A DNA stretch of 64,000 nt, from contig CAZBQI010000004.1 of the NCBI GenBank assembly GCA_964494105.1, positions 15,810 to 79,809 on the forward strand. Reading direction: 5' to 3'. A program made the position numbers and the translations under genes. The stretch's first letter is position 1. Every line of letters starts with the position of its first letter. This DNA is from an uncultured Candidatus Saccharibacteria bacterium. GTDB taxonomy: Bacteria; Patescibacteriota; Saccharimonadia; CAZBQI01. Of the stretch, positions 38,510-47,086 are shown piece after piece. The notes beneath the pieces are model-generated. The model searched no databases. It was given only the letters and a program-made list of their open reading frames with translations, and was not told the DNA's origin.

Positions 38510-40342
38510 ATGTGCGGAATTGTTGGATACGTTGGTGGTCGCAAAGCAGTGCCCATTCTTGTAGAGGGGATGAAGCGACTGGAGTATAGAGGTTACGATT
38601 CTGCTGGGATTGCGATTATTGAAAATGATCAACTTAATATTGAAAAAGAAGTTGGAAAAGTCGAAAAATTGGTTAGTAAGTTAAGTGCTCAAACGCACAC
38701 AGCTAAAATCGGCATTGGTCATACGCGCTGGGCAACTCACGGTGAGCCGTCAGAGCTAAATGCGCATCCTCACGTATCACACGATCGAATAGCACTTGTT
38801 CATAACGGGATAATCGAGAATCATCTTGAGCTAAAGGCTGAGTTAATCAAGAAGCACCAGGTATTTAAGACAGAAACCGACAGCGAGGTATTGGTGCACC
38901 TAATTTATTCTGTGATGAGCGAGAATAATTCCTCACTCAAAGATGCCACTCTAGGTGCTCTGGGGCGTGTAGAGGGCACTTTTGGCATTTTAGTGATAGA
39001 TAGACATAACCCCGATGAAATTATTGTTAGTCGGCGCGGGAGCCCTTTATTGATGGGTGTAGCCAAGGGTGGCATGGTGTTAGCCAGTGATGCCACCGCA
39101 ATGCTTGGCCACACCAACTCCATTGTGTATTTGCAAGATAATGAACTAGCTGTCTGTAAGGCCGAGGGATACCAGATATACGGACTGGATAACCAAATAC
39201 ATACTCGTAATCCCGAGAAAGTGACCCTTGAGAGAAAATCCATTGAGAAAAGTGGCTATGAGCATTTTCTGCTAAAAGAAATCATGGAGCAACCAGATGC
39301 CGCCGCCAATGCAATCAGAGGTAGGATTGATAAGCAAAATGTAACAAGTCATTTAGGTGGTTTGAATATAAGTGATCAAGTGTGGCGCTCAGCCTCACGA
39401 CTTATTAATGTAGGCTGTGGTACGGCCTCTTATGCCGGCATGCTAGGTAAATATCAGCTAGAGAAGCTACTTAATATACCGGTACAAGTGGAATTTGCCT
39501 CGGAGTTTCGTTACCGTGATCCGGCACTTAGCAGTGGCGATATTGCGATTTTGTTATCACAATCGGGGGAGACGGCCGATACTATAGCATCTCTAAAAGA
39601 GCTAAAACGTAGGGGCATTCCAACCCTTGGGTTGGTAAATGTTGTTGGTTCAACGATAGCGCGCGAAGTTGATGGTGGGGTTTATTTACATTCAGGGCCA
39701 GAAATATCCGTTGCGTCGACCAAAGCTTTTACCAATATGGTGATTGCTCAGCTACTAGTCGGGCTGTATATGGGTAGGTTACGTGGGCTCGGAACAGAGG
39801 AAGGTCAAGAAATAATTGACGCCCTATTAGAGCTACCTCTTCAGATTGCCGCAGTCTTGAAGATGGCTCCCCAGATAAAGCAAATCGCCAGTAAACTCTA
39901 CAAGCATGATAATGCACTATATTTAGGCCGAGACAGCTACTTCCCGGTGGCCCTCGAAGCCTCTCACAAACTGAAGGAGATTTCATATATACACGCCGAG
40001 GCTTACCCAACAGGGGAGATGAAGCATGGTGCAAACGCTTTAATAGATAAAAATCTTTTGGTTGTGATGCTTTGTCCGCACGATCATGTATACGAAAAGT
40101 CACTTAGTAATCTTCAGGAAGTAAATGCACGGCATGGGCGAGTTCTTTTATTGGCAAACGAAGGCGATGACGATATTAAAAATCAAGCCGAGCATGTTAT
40201 AAAAGTACCAAAAACCAACCCATGGACAAGCCCGTTGCTTATGAATACGGCCCTACAATTATTCGCATATTACGTTGCCGTAGCCCGTGGAACCGACGTC
40301 GACCAGCCACGAAATTTGGCGAAGAGTGTAACCGTCGAATAA
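38510..40342 (+). CDS. glmS: Glutamine--fructose-6-phosphate aminotransferase
   Basis: MCGIVG, LEYRGYDSAG, SQSGETAD and PRNLAKSVTVE. Confidence 0.98.
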   Translation: MCGIVGYVGGRKAVPILVEGMKRLEYRGYDSAGIAIIENDQLNIEKEVGKVEKLVSKLSAQTHTAKIGIGHTRWATHGEPSELNAHPHVSHDRIALVHNGIIENHLELKAELIKKHQVFKTETDSEVLVHLIYSVMSENNSSLKDATLGALGRVEGTFGILVIDRHNPDEIIVSRRGSPLLMGVAKGGMVLASDATAMLGHTNSIVYLQDNELAVCKAEGYQIYGLDNQIHTRNPEKVTLERKSIEKSGYEHFLLKEIMEQPDAAANAIRGRIDKQNVTSHLGGLNISDQVWRSASRLINVGCGTASYAGMLGKYQLEKLLNIPVQVEFASEFRYRDPALSSGDIAILLSQSGETADTIASLKELKRRGIPTLGLVNVVGSTIAREVDGGVYLHSGPEISVASTKAFTNMVIAQLLVGLYMGRLRGLGTEEGQEIIDALLELPLQIAAVLKMAPQIKQIASKLYKHDNALYLGRDSYFPVALEASHKLKEISYIHAEAYPTGEMKHGANALIDKNLLVVMLCPHDHVYEKSLSNLQEVNARHGRVLLLANEGDDDIKNQAEHVIKVPKTNPWTSPLLMNTALQLFAYYVAVARGTDVDQPRNLAKSVTVE

Positions 40343-40456
40343 GCAAAATCTTTTAGAATTAAAAAGTTTTTTTTAAAAAAACAGCCGTTGCCACAAAGGC
40401 ATGATCCGTAGCATTCGATGCAGGGCAGTGTCAGTAGAGAAATCTGTATTAAATGC

Positions 40457-40484
40457 AAGAAACGGCTTCGGGAAGCCGTTTCTT
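40457..40484. terminator. 13-bp perfect hairpin between convergent glmS and smpB
   Basis: AAGAAACGGCTTC-GG-GAAGCCGTTTCTT. Confidence 0.5.
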
Positions 40485-40606
40485 AGGGAGCTTTATTTTA
40501 CGTTTTTATTTTTGAGCACTTAATTTGTTCAAGTGCATATTTACAGATTAGTACAAGCATAAGTATCATGTCAACACTTTTATTAACTTTTTTTCAAAAT
40601 ATGGAA

Positions 40607-41041
40607 TTAGCGTTTCGCGCGTTCGATATTTCGTGCTGCTTCGCGTTGCTTAATTAGCCCGCGTTTATCAACTTTTTTTCGTCCGCGCCCAATGCCAATT
40701 TCGATTTTTATTAGCCCGCGTTCAATGCCAGCTTTTAATGGCACAATGGCTAAGCCATTTTGCTTTGCTTGGACCAGTTTTGCCAATTCCTTTTTGTGTA
40801 CAAGTAGCTTACGCGTGCGCGTTTCATCTCTTTCTTGCACGCCTGCTTGCTTGTAGTGGCTGATGTGAGCGTTAAGTACGTATAGTTCGCCCCCGTTAAT
40901 GGTAACGTGGCTACCTTTAAGGCTAATCGCGCCTTGTTTGACACTCTTTACTTCTGCACCATGCAGAACCACCCCAGTTACCAGAGTGTCGGTAATGTCG
41001 TAATCAAATTTTGCTCGTCGGTTGGTTGCTACTACTTTCAT
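40607..41041 (-). CDS. smpB: SsrA-binding protein
   Basis: VATNRRAKFDY, GAEVKS and RTRKLLVHK. Confidence 0.96.
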   Translation of the reverse strand: MKVVATNRRAKFDYDITDTLVTGVVLHGAEVKSVKQGAISLKGSHVTINGGELYVLNAHISHYKQAGVQERDETRTRKLLVHKKELAKLVQAKQNGLAIVPLKAGIERGLIKIEIGIGRGRKKVDKRGLIKQREAARNIERAKR

Positions 41042-41097
41042 TGCTAGCTCATTATATCTCATATACAGTAGCTGGCGCTCTAGGCTATAATTTACTT

Positions 41098-42720
41098 ATG
41101 ATTGTGGAAAGTATCCAAAAAAGCGTAGCCGACGCCATAAAAAGGGCATATGGGGTAAAAATTACCCCTGAAATCATGTACCCGGAGGCTGAGTTTGGTG
41201 ATTTAGCTACCAATGTTGCATTTCAGCTAGCTAAGGAACTAAAGCAAAGCCCAAAAGTCATAGCTGAAACAATTGCAGAAAATCACAAAACTTCAGAGGT
41301 AGAGAGGGCAGTAGCTGTTAATGGCTTCATAAATTTCACCATGACTGATGCCTTCTGGGTGCAAGAAACTAATAAAATTGATGCCAACTTCCTAAAGAAC
41401 ACCTCCGGTAAAGGGGAAAAAGTTCAAGTTGAATTTATATCGGCTAATCCTACTGGCCCTCTAACGCTCGGCAATGCCAGGGGTGGCTATCTGGGTGATG
41501 TGTTAGCAAATGTGCTCAGCGCATCCTCATATAAGGTAGAGCGTGAATACTACTTTAATGATGCTGGCACACAAATAACAAAATTGTTACATTCACTCGA
41601 TATACAGAGGCAAATTAAGCAATACTTAAAAGATACCGATAAGCGGCTTGCCGATCTGAATCCCGAGGAAATTAGCAGGTGGCCTGACCCCGAATATAAA
41701 GGTGAGTATCTTGATGTAGTTCTCGATGAATTCAGTGCCGAGCTAAAAAATAAAGATCCGGCTTTGTCATCTCTGGTGACGAAAGCGATATTTGAACGAT
41801 TTATTGAGGGTGCTATTAATAAGATGGGCATCCACTTCGATACATTCTTTAACGAGGCCAGTTTAAGCGGTACTTATCAGAAGACTATAAAAAAATTAAA
41901 ACAAATGGGATTAACAGAGGAAAAAGATGGCGCACTTTGGCTCAAGAGCCAGCTTTTTGGTGATGATCGAGACAGGGTACTTGAGAAGTCAAACGGGGAC
42001 GTGACGTATTTGGGTAACGACTTGGCGTACCATGCCAATATTTTTGAAGACAGAAAATTCCAGAAAGCCATTAAGATATGGGGTGCCGACCATGCAGGAC
42101 AAGTCCCTTCGCTAAAACTAACAGTTGGTAAGCTATTCCCAGATAAAGAACTGGACTTCATTATTATGCAGTTCGTTCGCCTTATAAAAGACGGCAAAGA
42201 GGTGAAGATGAGTAAGAGGGCAGGCGATTTTGTAACTATCGACGAACTCATAGCCGAGATTCCCTCTGATGTGGCTCGTTTCTTCTTTGTAATGCGCGAG
42301 GTAAACATGCGTATTGATTTTGATTTGAATTTAGCTAAGGAAGAATCTAAGAATAACCCCTATTATTACGTTATGTATACCTATGCGCGTACCTGTTCGA
42401 TTTTACAAAAAGCCAAGGGCAAAAGAATGAAGATAGCTACAGAGGTAACCAACTTATCTGAGCGAGAAGAGGCAATAATTCGAAGTTTGCACAAAATTCC
42501 AATGTTAATAGAGGAAATAAGCACTTCATATGAGGTGTATAAACTAGTTTATTACGGCTTAGAGACTGCTAAGTTGTTTAATGAATATTACGAGAATGAA
42601 AAGGTGCTGGACTTGCCCGAATTAGAGAGATCAAATAGCTTACTGTTTTTAGAGAAATACAGAACAGTTATGGAGCAGTATTTTGGTATTTTAGGTGTTT
42701 CACCTAGAGAATCTATGTAA
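41098..42720 (+). CDS. argS: Arginyl-tRNA synthetase
   Basis: FGDLATNVA, EFISANPTGPL and KMSKRAG; probable start ATG 41098. Confidence 0.95.
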   Translation: MIVESIQKSVADAIKRAYGVKITPEIMYPEAEFGDLATNVAFQLAKELKQSPKVIAETIAENHKTSEVERAVAVNGFINFTMTDAFWVQETNKIDANFLKNTSGKGEKVQVEFISANPTGPLTLGNARGGYLGDVLANVLSASSYKVEREYYFNDAGTQITKLLHSLDIQRQIKQYLKDTDKRLADLNPEEISRWPDPEYKGEYLDVVLDEFSAELKNKDPALSSLVTKAIFERFIEGAINKMGIHFDTFFNEASLSGTYQKTIKKLKQMGLTEEKDGALWLKSQLFGDDRDRVLEKSNGDVTYLGNDLAYHANIFEDRKFQKAIKIWGADHAGQVPSLKLTVGKLFPDKELDFIIMQFVRLIKDGKEVKMSKRAGDFVTIDELIAEIPSDVARFFFVMREVNMRIDFDLNLAKEESKNNPYYYVMYTYARTCSILQKAKGKRMKIATEVTNLSEREEAIIRSLHKIPMLIEEISTSYEVYKLVYYGLETAKLFNEYYENEKVLDLPELERSNSLLFLEKYRTVMEQYFGILGVSPRESM

Positions 42721-45578
42721 TGAGTCAGTTTAAGTTAAATAGCGAGCAACAGAAAGCTGTTGAACATGTGAGCGGACCCATGCTGGTTGTGGCTGGCGCC
42801 GGTACGGGCAAGACTCAAGTTGTTACTCAGCGAATCGCTCGACTAATTAGTGAACACAATGTTTCGCCAGCCGAAATTCTAGCAATTACGTTTACAGAAA
42901 AGGCCGCCAATGAAATGCAAGTACGGGTGAGTGAGATACTAGGTCAGTATATGCTTGATGTAAAAATTACTACATTTAATTCATATGGGTACGAATTACT
43001 AAAACGGTTTGCCTATGATATTGGGATCACTCCTGATGCAAATGTGTTGAGTGAAACACAACAGTTGATTTTTTTAAAGCAAAATCTAGATAAATTAAAA
43101 CTAAAATACTATGCTCCACTGACCGGCCCAGAGAGTCTACTGGGTGACTTAGCTCGATATTTCTCTAAGCTAAAGTGCCAGCTAATCTTGCCGCAATCGT
43201 ATAATTCGTATGCAAAAAAACTACTAAGTAGGGCTAATGAAAAGCCGGAAATAGTAACTGCTAATAAGCACCTGGAGCTGGCCGGTGCCTATGATGCTTA
43301 CGAAAAACTAAGCCGAGAACAAAATGTGATCGACTTTGATGACCAGGTGTATTTGGCGGTAAGGCTCCTTCAAGATAACCCCGATATACTGAAGAAACTT
43401 CAAGCCGAGATTAAATTTGTTCTGGTGGATGAGTTTCAAGATACAAATAAGGCGCAAGGTGAGCTAATTGATCTGCTGGTATCGAAGGAAAAAAACCTAA
43501 TGGTGGTTGGCGATGACGACCAGTGTATTTATAGATTCAGGGGAGCGCAAATTGAGAACATTTTAGAGTTTGAGCAAAGATACCCTAATTCAACCGGGGT
43601 ATCCTTGAGGCAAAACTATCGTTCTTCGCAGGCAATATTAGATGCGGCCCATAAGCTGATTGAGCACAATAACCCCGATAGACTTGAATCGCTATATGAG
43701 ATTGATAAGAATTTAGTTGCCCAGTTTAAGGGCAAAAAACCACAATTAAAAACATTTAGTGGTATTGAGGAAGAGGCAGCCTGGATAGCCGACGATATTG
43801 CTAAAAAGGTGCACACAGGTGTGCCCTTAACAGATATAGCTATTTTACTGCGTAAAAATTCGCAGGCAAAGATTTTGGAAAAGTACCTGAGCACAAACGG
43901 AATTGAAAGTTACTTTGTTGGACAGAATCAAGATCTGTATCAGCAGCCAGCCGTCAAGGTAATGTTAAATTTCTTGCGTTGTATTGTTGACCCTCGCGAC
44001 GATATAAGTCTGTATCATCTGCTGACCAGCCCTGTTTACGGGTTTAGCCCGGGTGCATTGAGACATTTTAGTTCTACTGCGCAGCGTTTAGGGATGAGCT
44101 TAAGTGAAGCGATCAAACAAAACGAATCACCGGGCAGTGACCTTGTTGGTATTCTTGAACAAATAGAAAACTGGCGGGAACAGCTTAATCAAGAAAATGT
44201 CGGGCGACTGGCTTATAGTTTTCTTGAAAAAACAGATTACTTAAAAACATTATTGCGTTCAGCCAGTGAAGACGTGCTGGCGGATCAAAATATTCTGAGC
44301 TTGAACCAATTTTTTACTACATTACTAGAGTACGAACGTGTTGCGGAAGATACAACAGCTGTGGGCTACGCGCATGCACTGCCAATTTTACTAGGCGCGG
44401 GTGAACGCTTGAACATAGATGAATTACCTGAGCTTTTTACAGATAAGGTGCGCTTGATTAGTGTTCACCGAGCCAAGGGGCTTGAGTTTGAGCATGTGTA
44501 TTTATTCGATATGACGCAAGGGACATTTCCGAGCATTAATCGTCATGACTCATTGGAGGTGCCGGCAGATCTAACAGGTAGTGAGGTTGTAAATTCGTCA
44601 AAACTACACATTCAAGAAGAGCGTCGGCTTATGTATGTGGCTATGACTCGTGCCAAGCGGGAACTTACCATGACCTACTCCGTAGATCATGGCGGTAAAC
44701 GAGCCTGGCGGCCATCCAGCTTTTTAAGCGAAGCTTTTGGTGGGGTAATTTTGGAGGGCGGAGGTATGCGACCTAAGCGTCAAACTGATCAGATTGAACT
44801 ATTTGCCGCGCCATCTGACGTTGAGAAAATAGAGTTACCCTGGCGACAAGGTAACAAATTAACGCTTTCGGCAGCTCAAATAGAAACCTACCTCCGTTGC
44901 CCAGCAGAATTCAAGCTGCGTTTTATTTTAAACCCACCCCAAATGCCAAGCTTCAACTTAAGCTACGGTAGCTTAATGCATGCATGTTTTCAGCTATATA
45001 ACCAAAGCAAGCGCGATAACAAGACTATTAGCCTAGGCCTTCTACGAGCCCATATAAAGCGCAACTGGCCCAAAGAAGGGTATGTTTACGCTGAGCACAG
45101 TAAACGTGGTTTAGAGCAAGCCATAAGCACGATAGAGCGCTTTTACAAACGCGAGGAAGCTGCCAAAAAGCATCCGATTCAAGTTGAGCGGGCTTTCGAA
45201 GTGGCGCTTAGTGAGATGGATGTAGTGCTAGTTGGTCGGTTTGATGCTGTTTATGACGAAAACGATGGTGTGGAAATCCGTGATTACAAAACCGGAGCCA
45301 GTACTATTACCGACGAAAAAAGTGCCAATACACGGGCAGCCACTAGCCAGCAGTTGGCTTTGTACGCGTTGGCTTGGGAGAAAATGAACAGCCAAGCACC
45401 AGAGCTAGTTACCCTAGATTTTGTCGACGTTGGTTTTATCGGTGCAGCTAAGAAAACCGAGCGGCAATTAAAAACCATCGAGGAAAAAATAAAAACTGTC
45501 GCTGATGGTATTCGAGCAAATAACTATACCCCCGGTAGTTCGCACCAGTTTTGTACACATCAGGAGTATGGGTTTTAA
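42720..45578 (+). CDS. UvrD/PcrA-type SF1 helicase fused to a C-terminal PD-(D/E)XK nuclease
   Basis: AGAGTGKT, DEFQD, GDDDQ.IY.FRGA, AKGLEF and YVAMTRA; C-terminal GRFD...DYKTG...QLALY. Confidence 0.9.
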   Translation: MSQFKLNSEQQKAVEHVSGPMLVVAGAGTGKTQVVTQRIARLISEHNVSPAEILAITFTEKAANEMQVRVSEILGQYMLDVKITTFNSYGYELLKRFAYDIGITPDANVLSETQQLIFLKQNLDKLKLKYYAPLTGPESLLGDLARYFSKLKCQLILPQSYNSYAKKLLSRANEKPEIVTANKHLELAGAYDAYEKLSREQNVIDFDDQVYLAVRLLQDNPDILKKLQAEIKFVLVDEFQDTNKAQGELIDLLVSKEKNLMVVGDDDQCIYRFRGAQIENILEFEQRYPNSTGVSLRQNYRSSQAILDAAHKLIEHNNPDRLESLYEIDKNLVAQFKGKKPQLKTFSGIEEEAAWIADDIAKKVHTGVPLTDIAILLRKNSQAKILEKYLSTNGIESYFVGQNQDLYQQPAVKVMLNFLRCIVDPRDDISLYHLLTSPVYGFSPGALRHFSSTAQRLGMSLSEAIKQNESPGSDLVGILEQIENWREQLNQENVGRLAYSFLEKTDYLKTLLRSASEDVLADQNILSLNQFFTTLLEYERVAEDTTAVGYAHALPILLGAGERLNIDELPELFTDKVRLISVHRAKGLEFEHVYLFDMTQGTFPSINRHDSLEVPADLTGSEVVNSSKLHIQEERRLMYVAMTRAKRELTMTYSVDHGGKRAWRPSSFLSEAFGGVILEGGGMRPKRQTDQIELFAAPSDVEKIELPWRQGNKLTLSAAQIETYLRCPAEFKLRFILNPPQMPSFNLSYGSLMHACFQLYNQSKRDNKTISLGLLRAHIKRNWPKEGYVYAEHSKRGLEQAISTIERFYKREEAAKKHPIQVERAFEVALSEMDVVLVGRFDAVYDENDGVEIRDYKTGASTITDEKSANTRAATSQQLALYALAWEKMNSQAPELVTLDFVDVGFIGAAKKTERQLKTIEEKIKTVADGIRANNYTPGSSHQFCTHQEYGF

Positions 45579-45583
45579 TATGC

Positions 45584-45654
45584 GCCGACGTTCGACAGAG
45601 TCGAAGTACGAGGCTTTCGCCCGCGCCTATCAAAACGTCGACGAAGCGTCGGAG
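45584..45654. repeat. CCGACGTTCG...CGAAGTA...GCGTCGGAG palindromic element
   Basis: Shares both ends with 26492-26538. Confidence 0.65.
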
Positions 45655-45665
45655 GAGAATGGGTT

Positions 45666-46124
45666 ATGAAGCGGGACAATATTTGGCTTGAGCGACTCTT
45701 GCGTGCAATATGGGACGATCATTTTCATGACATCGAGCGCAAAGCCCCAATAAAGATTGTTTTTGGGAAGCGGGCGCGCAATCGACTGGGTTCTATTAGT
45801 TTCGATAACGTGACAGGCTATGCAGTAATAAGAATTACGCGACTATTCGCTGATTTGGATGTGCCGGAACTGGTAGTAAAGGGGACAATTGTGCATGAGC
45901 TTTGTCATTACGCCCATGGGTTCCATTCCGGACTAAAACAAAAACACAAGCATCCTCATGCTGGTGGGGTTATTCAAAAAGAATATGCCGAGCGCGGTCT
46001 TGAGGATTTATATATTGCTCAGGAGCAATGGTTAAAAGATGAGTGGCCGAAATTTGTTCGCAAGCAGTACCCGAATTTAAAGTTTCGAACTCGCCGTCGG
46101 TCGTCACGTTTTCGTTTGATCTAG
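45666..46124 (+). CDS. SprT-like zinc metalloprotease
   Basis: HELCH...HPHAGG. Confidence 0.7.
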   Translation: MKRDNIWLERLLRAIWDDHFHDIERKAPIKIVFGKRARNRLGSISFDNVTGYAVIRITRLFADLDVPELVVKGTIVHELCHYAHGFHSGLKQKHKHPHAGGVIQKEYAERGLEDLYIAQEQWLKDEWPKFVRKQYPNLKFRTRRRSSRFRLI

Positions 46125-46136
46125 TATGATAACGAC

Positions 46137-46574
46137 ATGCCTAAATTACTCAATGTTGGGGTGAAAGCGGCCGTAGTTAATAACGGCAAGGTGTTGTTAT
46201 TGCGAAGAACAAGCAATATGGAGCCCGGCACTGAATTTTGGGATTTGCCTGGAGGGAGAATTGAGCAAAATGAATCAATCACAGAAACTCTTGGTCGCGA
46301 GCTAAAGGAAGAGATACTAAATATGAATGATTACACGGTGGGAGAGTTGTTGCACGTTTGGCGACATGATACTGATTTTCCAGAGGGTCACGGATTGCTT
46401 TTGGTTTGCTACCGAGTAGAAGCAAATTTAGAACAAGTTGAACTAAGCGATGAACATAGCGACTACGTCTGGGTAAGTAGTGCTGATGCAGAAGTTTTGC
46501 GTCGTCCAAAGCACGCACAAGTGCAACGGTTGCGTGAGCATCAAATAAAGGTAATTAAGGCAGCTTTAAGCTAG
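46137..46574 (+). CDS. NUDIX hydrolase
   Basis: WDLPGGRIEQNES..ETLGRELKEE Nudix box; LSDEH. Confidence 0.88.
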   Translation: MPKLLNVGVKAAVVNNGKVLLLRRTSNMEPGTEFWDLPGGRIEQNESITETLGRELKEEILNMNDYTVGELLHVWRHDTDFPEGHGLLLVCYRVEANLEQVELSDEHSDYVWVSSADAEVLRRPKHAQVQRLREHQIKVIKAALS

Positions 46575-46609
46575 ACTCCTCTAATTTGCTACAATTAGCG
46601 GTGAATCGT

Positions 46610-46683
46610 CGGGGTGTGGCGCCCCGACGCCAAAGTGTCGGGGCAGGCAGCTTGGTCCGACTTTACGTCGGACGTGGTAGCGC
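46610..46683 (+). pseudogene. Decorated tRNA-Pro 5' fragment (acceptor 5' strand and D-arm) with two inserted hairpins
   Basis: CGGGGTGTGGC[hairpin]GCAGCTTGG[hairpin]TAGCGC; near-identical to 26831-26903. Confidence 0.78.
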
Positions 46684-46686
46684 AAA

Positions 46687-46950
46687 ATGGCATACATATA
46701 TATGCTTCAAAGCAAAACCGGGCAATTTTACGTGGGTAGTACGACTAATTTGAGGCGTCGCCTGAGTCAATATCGAAAAGCGCATACTTTTACAACTAAG
46801 AACTGGCAAAGCTTTAAGCTAGTATTTTCGACAGAGGTGAGAACAATTGCGATTGCCAGAAATGCCGAAAAGCGCATAAAATCTTGGAAGAGAAAGGATT
46901 ATATTCAAAAGATCATTACGGATGGACGTATAAATTTCCTAGAAGCATGA
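46687..46950 (+). CDS. Small stand-alone GIY-YIG nuclease (copy B)
   Basis: YIYML...FYVGSTTNLRRRL...ARNAEKRIKSWK. Confidence 0.88.
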   Translation: MAYIYMLQSKTGQFYVGSTTNLRRRLSQYRKAHTFTTKNWQSFKLVFSTEVRTIAIARNAEKRIKSWKRKDYIQKIITDGRINFLEA

Positions 46951-46956
46951 TCATTT

Positions 46957-47032
46957 CGGGGTGTGGCGCAGGTGGTAGCGCGCAGCGTTCGGGACGCTGA
47001 GGTCGGAGGTTCAAGTCCTCTCACCCCGACCA
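46957..47032 (+). tRNA. tRNA-Pro(CGG)
   Basis: CGGGGTG/CACCCCG; CAGCG-TT-CGG-GA-CGCTG; GGTTCAAGTCC; ACCA. Confidence 0.95.
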
Positions 47033-47086
47033 TTTTTGGTTGAGTACATATGGGTGTGACGCAAAGTCTTCTGATATGATTGGCGT

